A stretch of DNA of 64,000 nt from Terriglobia bacterium (GTDB lineage Bacteria; Acidobacteriota; Terriglobia; 2-12-FULL-54-10). The stretch is taken from the NCBI GenBank assembly GCA_963666975.2, contig CAXVYR010000003.1, positions 1,088,001 through 1,152,000 on the forward strand, read 5' to 3'. The notes beneath the pieces were generated by a model. It saw nothing but the letters and a program-made list of their open reading frames with translations, searched no databases and was not told the DNA's origin. Position 1 is the first letter of the stretch. Every line of letters starts with the position of its first letter. Shown here piece after piece: positions 18,896 through 28,814 of the stretch. A program made the translations under genes and the position numbers.

Positions 18896-19576
18896 ATGAA
18901 ATCCGTTCCATTCACTGAGAAACAAAAAATACTGTTGAAGGAACTTCTCCAGGCGGGCGCCGTCCTGACCGGCGACGCCGTCCGTGCTCGCTTTGGCTTA
19001 AATTCCCCCATCTATTTCGACCTGCGGGAAAACTTATATGCACGGCCCGGCTTGCTTTGGAAGGTAGGCGGGGAATTTGCTCGTAAGATTTCTGAATTGA
19101 CATGCAACAGCCAGACGCCGCAGTGTGTTGTCGGCGTTCCGGACACCGCTACTCCGCTGGCGCTAGCCGCCGCCCTGTATGCATGGAAGGAGCAACTCCG
19201 CCCCCCGATCTCTTATGCCCTGCTGCGGAAAGAGGGGAAACAGTATCCGGGCATGCCCTTGACCCATTGGATCGGAAGGAAGGACGCCGCCGCTTGCGAG
19301 TACAACCTGATCGACGACGTGGTTGCCTCCGGACTGACCAAACGCACAGCAGCACAGAAGATGCAACAGGAAGGGGTCCCCGTTCGGCGTATCATCGTCC
19401 TGTTTGACCGCCAGCAAGGAGACGGCCTCAGCAGCGAGGGATTTGAATTGCACGGAATCTTCCCGGTACGGGACGTCTTGGATTTCTATTTAAGTGAAAA
19501 ACTCATCAGCCCGGAGGAGCACGAAAAAATTCGCCGGTTCCTCCGCTCCCGGCGGTTTGATTCTGCGGCCGTATAG
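18896..19576 (+). CDS. Orotate phosphoribosyltransferase-like (type I PRTase)
   Basis: SPIYFDLR, RKEGK and PRPP loop LIDDVVASGLT. Confidence 0.75.
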   Translation: MKSVPFTEKQKILLKELLQAGAVLTGDAVRARFGLNSPIYFDLRENLYARPGLLWKVGGEFARKISELTCNSQTPQCVVGVPDTATPLALAAALYAWKEQLRPPISYALLRKEGKQYPGMPLTHWIGRKDAAACEYNLIDDVVASGLTKRTAAQKMQQEGVPVRRIIVLFDRQQGDGLSSEGFELHGIFPVRDVLDFYLSEKLISPEEHEKIRRFLRSRRFDSAAV

Positions 19577-19709
19577 AAACAGCCGCAGGTCTCGGCCAAT
19601 TTTTAGAGTTGCTCTACGGGGCCGGTGTGGAAACGGCTGCTGCGCGCTGACGGAAGAAGCGTTTGCTCGAAGCGGGCAGACTGCCAAAATAATCTAATAA
19701 GAGGAAATC

Positions 19710-20267
19710 ATGTCCATCTGGAAGTTTTTGGGATTGGAAACGGGCAAAACTGAAAAGAAGAGCACGGGAAACACCGGCTCCTCAGAAACAGAGACTGTTC
19801 GCAAGATTGTCGAGAAATTGGATTTGATGGAGCCGGAGCGTGCTCGCTACATCGCCTCCTTTGCTTACCTGCTGAGCCGTGTGGCTCACGCGGACATGCA
19901 CATCAGCAAAGAGGAGACGAGCGCAATGGAACGTATCGTCAAAGAAAGAGGCTCTCTCCCCGAAGAGCAAGCGATCCTTGTGGTCCAGATGGCCAAAACC
20001 CAGAGCCTCTTGTTTGGGCACACCGAAAACTTCCTGGTCACCCGGGAATTCCAGAAGATCGCCGCCCGCGAGCAGAAGCTTGCCTTGCTCGATTGCCTTT
20101 ACGCCGTTTCATCCGCGGACAGATCCATCTCTACGGTAGAAGACAACGAGATTCGCAAAATCTCCCGCGAGCTGCATCTCAGCCACCAGGACTTCATCGC
20201 CGTCCGCTTGCGCTACCGGGACTATCTGGCCGTGCTGCAGAAGCCTTCCACGCCGGAGAATGCCTGA
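19710..20267 (+). CDS. TerB-family protein
   Basis: RVAHADMHISKEE and AVSSADRSISTVE, the paired TerB motifs. Confidence 0.8.
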   Translation: MSIWKFLGLETGKTEKKSTGNTGSSETETVRKIVEKLDLMEPERARYIASFAYLLSRVAHADMHISKEETSAMERIVKERGSLPEEQAILVVQMAKTQSLLFGHTENFLVTREFQKIAAREQKLALLDCLYAVSSADRSISTVEDNEIRKISRELHLSHQDFIAVRLRYRDYLAVLQKPSTPENA

Positions 20268-20279
20268 GCAGCAAAAAGC

Positions 20280-21146
20280 TCAGGAGCTTTTTGATCTTCT
20301 TTGGAGTAGATAGAAGTTGCCCGCCATTAAGACAATAGTTGCCGCCAAGCCGCCTTCCGGGCCGTAGTCACCCCCATGAAGCCAAATGTGATCTGGTGAA
20401 GGCACCGCCTGCCAGGGCATTTTGACCACTTCCATACCGCTGACGGGCATCCCCACGAGCGCTAAAGTCCAGTTCCAGGAAAAATGAAAACCGAGGGGTA
20501 GCCAGAGCGCCCGTGTCTTGAGGTAAGCGATGGAGAGCAAAACGCCGGCCAGCATTGTGTTCAGAGTGCTCAACTGGGTGGCGTTTGGATTGGCCGCGTG
20601 CAACCCTCCGAAGATCAGCGAGGAGATCGACACCGCGATAACAGGATTGGTTCCTTCCACCAGCCGCTGGAAGGGATACCCGCGAAACGCCAACTCTTCC
20701 CAGGTGACAGCCAGCACCATGACGCCCGTGATGACGGGCAAAGATGCGGAGGCGGAAACCGCACTGGTGCCCGACAATTGAAAATGAATGGACCCCATCG
20801 CCAATTCCATCAGGGTCACAGTCCCTACCAAAACAATTCCCACCGTTATGCCCAGGGCCGCCTCTCCGAGTGACTTCCGGGACCGCGCCAGTCCCACTGC
20901 CTGAAAGGGCTGGTGTTCAATCAGGTGCAACATCAGCCAGGTAGCCGCGCTGACCGTGGCAAGGTGTGAAACGCTGACGACCGCCAAAACTGTCATTTGA
21001 GAAGCGCCGGCAAGCTGCCGAATAAAAGCAAACGCCACGCCATCAAATACAATTACCGACACCAGGAAAAAGACAACAAACAGCAGCAGTCTCCACCCGG
21101 CGCGCAGGCGGCCATCCGGAAGTAAAAAGTATCGGCTACTATCCAT
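20280..21146 (-). CDS. CPBP-family (CAAX/Abi) intramembrane metalloprotease
   Basis: EELAFRGY, FGGLH and HFSWN motifs. Confidence 0.88.
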   Translation of the reverse strand: MDSSRYFLLPDGRLRAGWRLLLFVVFFLVSVIVFDGVAFAFIRQLAGASQMTVLAVVSVSHLATVSAATWLMLHLIEHQPFQAVGLARSRKSLGEAALGITVGIVLVGTVTLMELAMGSIHFQLSGTSAVSASASLPVITGVMVLAVTWEELAFRGYPFQRLVEGTNPVIAVSISSLIFGGLHAANPNATQLSTLNTMLAGVLLSIAYLKTRALWLPLGFHFSWNWTLALVGMPVSGMEVVKMPWQAVPSPDHIWLHGGDYGPEGGLAATIVLMAGNFYLLQRRSKSS

Positions 21147-21222
21147 GAATTTCGGGAAACCGTCTTTCCGATGTGCCTGCCTTGCAGTGGACAGGCTCAC
21201 TCCGGCTCTGCAAGGACGCTCC

Positions 21223-22251
21223 TCAGGAGGCGGACAGGGCCCGTCGAGTTCCACTCCGCACTTTGAGGCCGGTGGCCGAGACTCGAAAAGGAAGCACGGA
21301 AGCGCCCGACCGGCGCAGAACAGCTTCGAGACGCGGCTTGGCTTCCGGCTCGGCCAGAAAAAGAACGCAGCCGCCTCCTCCGGCCCCGCAGGCTTTGGCG
21401 GCAAGGGCTCCGTTGCGGCGAGCGGCAGCCACTAACCGTTCGATTCCGGGAGTTGTAATCCCCGGACAGTTCTTCTTGCGTGTCGCCCACTCCTGGTTCA
21501 GCAACTCGCTGGTCCGCCGCCAGTCTTGTGCCTCCAGAGCCTGGCGCATCTCAGCGGCTATGGCCGCAATGCGGTCGAATTGGCGAATGACCCGCCGGTT
21601 GCCGTCCACATGGGCCTTCAAAACCTCCCAGTTGTTGACCCCGGAGTTGCGTGACTCGCCCGTATAGCACAAAAGGAACTGCTCACTCAATTGTTTGGAA
21701 GCTACCTTCAGCTTTTCGGGAACTACGCCGTGGGGCATCAACCGAATCGAGTGAGCCCCGCCGTATACGGCCGAATAATAATCCTGCTCTCCGGTGGGCA
21801 CACGGAGAACCTGCGCCTCCACATTGCGCGCTGTTTCAATCAACTTCGGCGAGGGCAACCTGCGGCCAGCAAACCGGCTGAGCGCGCCGCAAATGGCGAT
21901 GTTGAGGGCCGAGGAGCCGCCCAGACCGGACCCCGAAGGAACGTCGGAATCGGTAGCGAGCGTGAAGCCCCTCTGCGGTCCAAACGCCACCACCAAGCGT
22001 GCCAGCAGCGGCAATCGCCAGGATTTTACCTGCACCAGTGCGGCGAGTGAAGAGAAGCTTTCCCGGAGCCGGAGATCGTGAGACACGAACTCAATCGCTT
22101 TATCACGCCTCGCAGTCAAGCGGCAGCGAGCATAGTAATTGACCGCAAAGTTCAGAGTTTGAGCGTCTTTGTGGAACAGATACAGCGGCCATATATCCAG
22201 CGTGCCGCCGGCCAAGTCTACCCGCGCTGGGGCCATTGAATGGAGAGTCAT
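21223..22251 (-). CDS. GHMP-family sugar kinase (HddA-like)
   Basis: RVDLAGGTLD, PSGSGLGGSS, GEQDYY and GAGGGG motifs. Confidence 0.85.
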   Translation of the reverse strand: MTLHSMAPARVDLAGGTLDIWPLYLFHKDAQTLNFAVNYYARCRLTARRDKAIEFVSHDLRLRESFSSLAALVQVKSWRLPLLARLVVAFGPQRGFTLATDSDVPSGSGLGGSSALNIAICGALSRFAGRRLPSPKLIETARNVEAQVLRVPTGEQDYYSAVYGGAHSIRLMPHGVVPEKLKVASKQLSEQFLLCYTGESRNSGVNNWEVLKAHVDGNRRVIRQFDRIAAIAAEMRQALEAQDWRRTSELLNQEWATRKKNCPGITTPGIERLVAAARRNGALAAKACGAGGGGCVLFLAEPEAKPRLEAVLRRSGASVLPFRVSATGLKVRSGTRRALSAS

Positions 22252-22276
22252 TACTGCGTTAGAGTCGAATGGGGGC

Positions 22277-22483
22277 TTAGCTATTTTCAGGATTTCTTGC
22301 CCATGTAACTTCCAACAACACCCACTCTCCGAGGACTTCTTCTAATTGATTGCGGCAATCTTCCAGCAGGTCGCTGTTGGCCCAGACGCCTTTCAGACCG
22401 GGGATTTCTCCGAAGTAGGTGCCGTCCTCCAAGAGCTTGTATTTCGCCTGCCGTAGTTTTTTCTGAATATATCCAGTCAACAT
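22277..22483 (-). CDS. HicB-family antitoxin (short, orphan)
   Basis: YFGEIPGLKGVWANSDLLEDCRNQLEEVL is the HicB RNase H-like fold pattern. Confidence 0.75.
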   Translation of the reverse strand: MLTGYIQKKLRQAKYKLLEDGTYFGEIPGLKGVWANSDLLEDCRNQLEEVLGEWVLLEVTWARNPENS

Positions 22484-22578
22484 GGATATCGGCCAGTTCT
22501 AAAGAGAACCCTCAACAACTCAAGCTGTCGTATTGCTTGGAATTGGCGGTATGGCTAAAGCCGCGCCTCGACGGTTTT

Positions 22579-22605
22579 GACCGCTCCCTAACGGTCGCAG
22601 CTCGG
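22579..22605. repeat. REP-like extragenic palindrome
   Basis: GACCGCTCCCTAACGGTCGCAGCTCGG resembles the AGCCGCGACCGTNAGGGAGCGG REP class; lies just after the secA stop. Confidence 0.55.
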
Positions 22606-22626
22606 ATGGCCGCCAGTTCGGCGGCG

Positions 22627-25600
22627 CTACGCCGCCGCCCCATGGCATTTCTTGTACTTCTTGCCGCTCCCGCAGGGACAGGGTTGGTTGCGGCCCACCT
22701 TCTCGCTCGTCCGCACCACCGTTTTGACGGCGGGAGAGCCGTCCTCGGCGCCGCTCAATATCATCTCCGCCTGCTGTTTGCGCTGGCGGCGCTCGATCTC
22801 CCGAACCTGCTCCTCCTCCTGCACCGGCTGCATCAGGAACAGGTACCGAATGACCTCTTCGTCGATGCGGTTCATCATGGCCTGGAACATCTGGTAGGAT
22901 TCTTTCTTGTACTCGATCAAGGGGTCTTTCTGACCGTAACCGCGCAGGCCAATTCCTTCTTTCAGGTCGTCCATCGACAGCAAGTGATATTTCCACTGGC
23001 TATCCACCACTTGCAGCAGGATCATCCGCTCGTGCCAGCGCATCACGTCCGGCGTGAGTTGGACTTCCTTCTCGTCGTACTTGCGGCGGAGTTTTTCAAA
23101 CAAGGCCGCGGTCAGCTCATCTTGATTCAGTTGAGTGGGATCAACCCCTTCGGCCCGCAGATCCAAGCCGAACTGGGTAAAAAAGCTGTTTCGCAGCCCC
23201 TTCAGGTCCCATTCATCGGGATGAATATCCTTGGCGCAGTGGGTCTCGACAAACTCTTTTGCCACATCCTCGGCAATCCCCAGGACGTATTCTTTTTGAT
23301 CCTCGCTCTCCAGGATTTGGCGGCGCAGGCCGTAAACGGCGGTGCGCTGCCGGTTCATGACATCATCGTATTCCAGCAGATGCTTGCGGGCCTCAAAGTT
23401 TTGTCCTTCCACGGCCTTCTGTGCCGCATGGATCCGCTTGGTAATCAGCCTGGATTCAATCGGCACGCCCTCTTCCATCCCCAGCTTTTGCATGATGCCG
23501 CTGACCCGCTCGCCCGCAAAGATGCGCAACAGGTCGTCCTCCAGAGACAGATAGAAGCGGGAGCTGCCCGGGTCCCCTTGCCGGCCGGAGCGCCCTCGCA
23601 ACTGGTTGTCAATCCGCCGCGCTTCATGCCGCTCCGTCCCGATGATATGCAAGCCGCCCAGCGCCACCACCTCCGCGTGTTCTTTCTCCACGGCAGGTTG
23701 AAAGCGCACAGTGGCCTCCTGCCACTGCTCCGCCGTGGCGCTTTCCGGGGCAATGCTGTGTTTGCGCAGGTAGTCTCTGGCCAGGAACTCCGGGTTGCCG
23801 CCGAGCAGGATATCCGTGCCGCGCCCGGCCATGTTGGTGGCAATGGTAACGGCTCCCTTCCGTCCGGCCTGGGCCACGATCTCCGCTTCCTTGGCGTGAT
23901 ACTTGGCGTTCAGAACCACATGCTTGATGCCGGTTTTCTTCAGCAGGCTGCTGAGGCGCTCGGACCGTTCAATGGAAACGGTTCCCACCAGCACGGGCTG
24001 GCCCTTCTGGTGCAACTCCTGTATCTCCGCGACCGCGGCGTCGAACTTCTCGCGCTCGGTGCGGAAAACCACGTCGGGATTCTCCTGCCGACGCAACGGC
24101 TGGTTTGTCGGAATGACGGATACTTCCAGGTTGTAGGTCTTCTCGAACTCCGCCGCCTCGGTTTCGGCCGTGCCCGTCATGCCGGCAAGTTTCGAGTACA
24201 TGCGGAAGTAATTCTGGAAGGTGACGGTCGCGAGCGTTTGCGTTTGCCGCTCTATCTTCACGCCTTCTTTGGCCTCTATAGATTCGTGCAGTCCGTCGCT
24301 CCAACGCCGCCCCGGCATCAGGCGTCCGGTAAACTCATCGACGATGATTACAGCGTTGTCCACGATGACGTATTCGTCATCCTTCTCATACAGCACGTAC
24401 GCCTTAAGCAACTGCCGGATGGCTTCGTTCTTAGCCCATCGCTGCTCGGCCAGATGGGGAACCCGGGCGATGAGATTCGCCTTCTCTTCCTCCTCCATAT
24501 CCGTTCGCGCTTCAATCTTCCGGACCTGGTCATCCACGTCGAGAATGGAAAAGGAGTCATACGATTGCTGCATCTCGCGCAGCGCCTGCGTTTTCTCCTC
24601 CGGCGTCAATTCGGAATTTTCTTCAATTTCCTGGGTCTCCCAAGCCAGATCGGCCTTGGCCAACTCATCCATCAGGGTGGACCCCAATTGCATCCGTCCC
24701 AGAGAATTCAGGTCCACGATACGGGACTTTTCGTTGACGGTGAAGTAGAGAGGCTCCAGCAGCTCCCTTTCGTAATCTCCCGAGAGCTGCTTTTCCACCT
24801 TCCCGGTGAGGTGTTTGATGCTGGGGTTCTCCAATAGTTCCAGCAGCGGCTTGAACTTCGGGGCGCCTCGCTTGGCCTGTACCAGCTTTTGGCTGGCCAG
24901 CTCGCGCGACTCCTCGTCTCCCTCCAGCAATTGTTTGGCCTGCTGCACCAGCCCGTTTACCAAGCCGAGTTGCTTGTTGACCAGCTTCTCCACCAACGGC
25001 TTCAGTTCTTTGAAATACGTGGGGGCGTGGTGTTCGGCTGTTCCGCTGATAATCAGGGGCGTCCGCGCCTCATCGACCAAAATGGAGTCCACCTCGTCCA
25101 CGATGCCGAAAGGATGCCCTCGCTGCACGCAGTCGCGCAGGTCAAACTTCATGTTGTCGCGCAAATAGTCAAAACCAAACTCGTTGTTGGTTCCATAGGT
25201 GACATCGCAGGCGTAGGCCTCACGGTGCTGTTGCTCGTCCATGTCGTGGACAATCACCCCCACGGTCAGGCCCAGCGATTTGTAGATCTTCCCCATCCAT
25301 TCCGAGTCGCGCCGTGCCAGGTAGTCGTTGACTGTGACTACATGGACGCCCTTTCCCTCCAACGAGTTGAGATAGACAGCCAGCGTGGCAACCAGGGTTT
25401 TTCCCTCGCCGGTTTTCATCTCGGCAATCTTGCCGCGGTGCAGAACAATACCGCCGTAGAGCTGCACGTCAAAGTGGCGCATGGCGAGCGTCCGGCGGCC
25501 CGCCTCCCGCACCACCGCAAAGGCATCGACCAGCAGGTCATCCAAGGTTTCGCCCGCAGCCAGCCGCTTGCGAAACTCTTCGGTCTTGGCCCGCAGTTGC

Positions 25601-25722
25601 TCGTCGGAAAGGCGCTCGAGCCCCGGCGACTGTTCGCCGATGGCCCGAACCAACGGGTCCATCCGCTTGAGATCGCGCTCATTCTTTGTGCCGATTACTT
25701 TAGCTAGTAAAGAACCAATCAT
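22627..25722 (-). CDS. secA: Preprotein translocase ATPase SecA
   Basis: [55 protein letters not shown] and C-terminal [14 protein letters not shown]. Confidence 0.98.
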   Translation of the reverse strand: MIGSLLAKVIGTKNERDLKRMDPLVRAIGEQSPGLERLSDEQLRAKTEEFRKRLAAGETLDDLLVDAFAVVREAGRRTLAMRHFDVQLYGGIVLHRGKIAEMKTGEGKTLVATLAVYLNSLEGKGVHVVTVNDYLARRDSEWMGKIYKSLGLTVGVIVHDMDEQQHREAYACDVTYGTNNEFGFDYLRDNMKFDLRDCVQRGHPFGIVDEVDSILVDEARTPLIISGTAEHHAPTYFKELKPLVEKLVNKQLGLVNGLVQQAKQLLEGDEESRELASQKLVQAKRGAPKFKPLLELLENPSIKHLTGKVEKQLSGDYERELLEPLYFTVNEKSRIVDLNSLGRMQLGSTLMDELAKADLAWETQEIEENSELTPEEKTQALREMQQSYDSFSILDVDDQVRKIEARTDMEEEEKANLIARVPHLAEQRWAKNEAIRQLLKAYVLYEKDDEYVIVDNAVIIVDEFTGRLMPGRRWSDGLHESIEAKEGVKIERQTQTLATVTFQNYFRMYSKLAGMTGTAETEAAEFEKTYNLEVSVIPTNQPLRRQENPDVVFRTEREKFDAAVAEIQELHQKGQPVLVGTVSIERSERLSSLLKKTGIKHVVLNAKYHAKEAEIVAQAGRKGAVTIATNMAGRGTDILLGGNPEFLARDYLRKHSIAPESATAEQWQEATVRFQPAVEKEHAEVVALGGLHIIGTERHEARRIDNQLRGRSGRQGDPGSSRFYLSLEDDLLRIFAGERVSGIMQKLGMEEGVPIESRLITKRIHAAQKAVEGQNFEARKHLLEYDDVMNRQRTAVYGLRRQILESEDQKEYVLGIAEDVAKEFVETHCAKDIHPDEWDLKGLRNSFFTQFGLDLRAEGVDPTQLNQDELTAALFEKLRRKYDEKEVQLTPDVMRWHERMILLQVVDSQWKYHLLSMDDLKEGIGLRGYGQKDPLIEYKKESYQMFQAMMNRIDEEVIRYLFLMQPVQEEEQVREIERRQRKQQAEMILSGAEDGSPAVKTVVRTSEKVGRNQPCPCGSGKKYKKCHGAAA

Positions 25723-26555
25723 AGGTTTTCCATACTATTATATGGGGGTTGCGGGTACGCGACAAGACGGGAGTCTCCTGGCAGACCATACCGACGCCTG
25801 GTTGGCCGCCTAGGGGAGCCTGAGCTTCGCGTTCCGGGGCAGTCAGCGACATCGTGTCCTGTGCGGTGACCTGTGCGGCAACTTGTGCGGTAATAAAGAT
25901 ACGAAAGCCCTAAAAAAAACAGCCCGATGGCCCATCCTCCCAGCACGTCACTCGGCCAGTGGGCTCCCAGATAGACGCGGCTGTAACCGACCGCAAGAGG
26001 CAAAACCGTAAACAAAAACAGCAACAATATTCTCAAGACGCCCGCCAAGGACCGGGCAGCAGGCCGCAAGGTTGGGCCCGCCAGCAAGATCAACAGGAAG
26101 AAAAATACATATAAGGATTCGGCCGCATGTCCGCTGGGAAAGGCATTTCCGGAAGCCGGCACAAAAGACGGAACCGGCGGGCGGTTCCGCGCCACCAGCC
26201 ATTTTAGCAATGCTACGGTAGAGGTAGTCATGCCCCACCCCAAGACAAGCCACACGGCAGTCGCTTTTTGCTTCCCCGCCCATAACAGCAAGCTCAGTCC
26301 CACTACAGCCGGAGCCAGGTAGCGATTCGACCCAAGAATGCTGATGAGCCTCCAGAACAACACTGCACCGGCATCGCTTCCCTGATAAATCACAAGAAGC
26401 AGATCGCTGTCATAGCTCCATGCAAGAAAGGCGGCCAAGCCCAGCAGCGCGAGACACCACCCCAGCAGGAGATGTTCCAACAGCATGGAGGAACCCGGCA
26501 AACGGGCCATTCGGTTGCCAGAAGCTGAACCCAAATTAGTCATCCGGAAAGCCAC
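25719..26555 (-). CDS. PAP2-family membrane phosphatase
   Basis: K.LVARNRP, FPSGH and [13 protein letters not shown] motifs; start uncertain. Confidence 0.85.
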   Translation of the reverse strand: MAFRMTNLGSASGNRMARLPGSSMLLEHLLLGWCLALLGLAAFLAWSYDSDLLLVIYQGSDAGAVLFWRLISILGSNRYLAPAVVGLSLLLWAGKQKATAVWLVLGWGMTTSTVALLKWLVARNRPPVPSFVPASGNAFPSGHAAESLYVFFFLLILLAGPTLRPAARSLAGVLRILLLFLFTVLPLAVGYSRVYLGAHWPSDVLGGWAIGLFFLGLSYLYYRTSCRTGHRTGHDVADCPGTRSSGSPRRPTRRRYGLPGDSRLVAYPQPPYNSMENL

Positions 26556-26920
26556 AATCAGATTCTGTGTTCCGCCAGCAACTCCAGCAGAAGAAGTTCC
26601 CGATACAGAGCGCTCACTCTGCGAGCCTTGTCCTTTTTCATGATCGATTCAGGGTAGTGAAAGCTCAGGAGCGGGTCAAGGGTTGCCCCAGGATGCTTTG
26701 CGAACTTCACTCCAACCGGGAAGCTGATTGGGTCCACCTTCCGCCAGCTAAAGACGTTGTTCTATTTCGGGTTGTTTGCTAGCCTGAGAGTTTCGCGGAA
26801 GCAACAAAGCTAAAGCAACAGGGCACTATCTTGCTCCCGGACGCAAAGAGCGCTGCAAAGTAGTGGTGCAAAAAAAGTCGTGCTGCAAAAAGCGATTCTA
26901 AAAAACCCGGAGAGCCAATC

Positions 26921-27058
26921 ATGAGCCAAAATCTGGAAGAAGAAAAACCTCCCTTCTTTAGCACATGGCGGCGGCTCTATATTGCCGTGCTCGGCTATCT
27001 CTGTGTGCTGATCTTCTTATTCTACGCATTCACCGAAGCCTTTAACTTTCCCTCATGA
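26921..27058 (+). CDS. Small membrane protein coupled to the SSS symporter
   Basis: MSQNLEEEKPPFFSTWRRLYIAVLGYLCVLIFLFYAFTEAFNFPS; GGAG RBS; ATGA overlap with 27055. Confidence 0.7.
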   Translation: MSQNLEEEKPPFFSTWRRLYIAVLGYLCVLIFLFYAFTEAFNFPS

Positions 27059-28773
27059 GATCACTCGACTGGGTTGTTTTAGTCCTCTTCCTTCTCTGGA
27101 TTGTCGGCTACGGCCTCTATAAGGGCCGCACCCGGAGCAATACGATCCGGGGATATCTGCTGGCGGACAAAAGCATGCCCTGGTGGGCCATGGGACTATC
27201 TATCATGGCCACACAGGCCAGCGCCATCACCTTCATCGGCACCACGGGGCAAGCCTACGTGGATGGGATGCGCTTCTTGCAGTTCTACTTCGGGCTGCCG
27301 ATTGCCATGGTGATCATCGCCGCCATCGTGGTTCCCCGCTTTCACAAAGCGAACGTCGTCACCGCCTACGAGTATCTGGAACAGCGGTTCGACGCAAAGA
27401 CTCGCCTGGCGACGAGCATAATCTTTCTGATCCAGCGAGGCTTGGGCGTGGGGCTGGCGCTCTACGCTCCCGCCGTGGTCCTTTCCCTGATCCTTGGCTG
27501 GAGCGAGCAGGTTACCGTCATCGTCATGGCAGCCGTCGTCATCGCCTATGCCGTGCCGGGCGGCATCCGCGCGGTTACATGGACCGATGTGCAGCAGATG
27601 ATGCTGATCTTTGTAGGTCTCGTTGTGGCCTTTTTAACCGCAATCCTGTTGCTTCCGCCAGATGTCTCGGTGGGCGATGCTTTTTATCTGGCAGGAGCCT
27701 CCGGCAGACTGAACGCAGTGGACCTGTCGTTCGACCTGAACAACCGCTACAACCTGTGGTCCGGGCTGTTCGGAGGAATGTTTTTGGCCCTGGCCTATTT
27801 CGGCACCGATCAGTCGCAGGTGCAGCGCTACCTGCAAGGCAAGTCGATCGGCCACAGCCGCAACAGCCTGATCTTTAACGCCTGCGCCAAATTGCCGCTG
27901 CAATTTTTTATTCTGCTGACCGGAACGATGGTCTTCGTCTTCTACCAATTCGAGCAGCCTCCCATGCTGTTTAACCAAGCCGAGGCTGTCAAGATTGAGC
28001 GTCAGGAGGGAACCCCTCTGGCCGGACGCTATGAACTGGCTCAGGAAAAATACAGGCAGGCCCACGAACAGCGCCAGCAGGTGGCGAGGCGGCTGCTCCA
28101 GGACAGACACAGCAGCACCGGCTCCCCCCTTGGCGCAAACCCTTCCTCTGGCCCCCAGCAGTTGCAGGCTGCCAACCAGGCTGTGGAAGACGCCCGACAG
28201 GAAGGGATTCAACTGCTGCGTGAGGTAAATCCGGAAAATGAATACAACGACACCAATTACATCTTTCTGAATTTCGTGACCAACTATTTCCCGATGGGCG
28301 TCGTAGGGCTTATCATTGCGGCCATCTTCGCCGCCGCGATGTCCAGCATCTCCTCGGAACTAAACTCGCTTTCTACCACCACGGTCATCGATCTCTACCG
28401 CCGTCACTGGAAACGGCAGGCTCCGGATGCACACTATGTTCGGGTCGCCAAGATGGGGACCGCCTTCTGGGGCGTTTACGCAGCTGTTTTTGCTAGCTTT
28501 GTCGGAGGGATCGGTTCGTTGATTGAAGCCGTCAACAGCATCGGGTCGCTATTCTATGGCTCCGTGCTGGGGGTCTTCGTCCTTGCTTTCGGTTTCCCGC
28601 GAGCCACAGGCAACGGGGCATTTATTGGATTAATTGTAGGCGAGATCGCTGTGATCGCGACCAGCGTTTTTACGGACGTCTCGTTTCTTTGGTACAACGT
28701 GATCGGGTGTTTGGTAGTGGTGGGAGTGGGGATGGCGGTCAGTGCCGCCGGTAAGAGGGCCACCGGGCGCTGA
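27055..28773 (+). CDS. Sodium:solute symporter (SSS family)
   Basis: SIMATQASAITF, YEYLEQRF, GTDQSQVQRY and AAAMSSISSELNSL motifs. Confidence 0.92.
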   Translation: MRSLDWVVLVLFLLWIVGYGLYKGRTRSNTIRGYLLADKSMPWWAMGLSIMATQASAITFIGTTGQAYVDGMRFLQFYFGLPIAMVIIAAIVVPRFHKANVVTAYEYLEQRFDAKTRLATSIIFLIQRGLGVGLALYAPAVVLSLILGWSEQVTVIVMAAVVIAYAVPGGIRAVTWTDVQQMMLIFVGLVVAFLTAILLLPPDVSVGDAFYLAGASGRLNAVDLSFDLNNRYNLWSGLFGGMFLALAYFGTDQSQVQRYLQGKSIGHSRNSLIFNACAKLPLQFFILLTGTMVFVFYQFEQPPMLFNQAEAVKIERQEGTPLAGRYELAQEKYRQAHEQRQQVARRLLQDRHSSTGSPLGANPSSGPQQLQAANQAVEDARQEGIQLLREVNPENEYNDTNYIFLNFVTNYFPMGVVGLIIAAIFAAAMSSISSELNSLSTTTVIDLYRRHWKRQAPDAHYVRVAKMGTAFWGVYAAVFASFVGGIGSLIEAVNSIGSLFYGSVLGVFVLAFGFPRATGNGAFIGLIVGEIAVIATSVFTDVSFLWYNVIGCLVVVGVGMAVSAAGKRATGR

Positions 28774-28814
28774 GCTTTGGGGATAGGACAGAAATTGACG
28801 GTGAACTTCTTCCG

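Noticed and set aside
22537-24837. 766-aa ORF on the + strand
   Set aside because: Antisense shadow of secA in GC-rich, codon-biased DNA; no recognisable motifs
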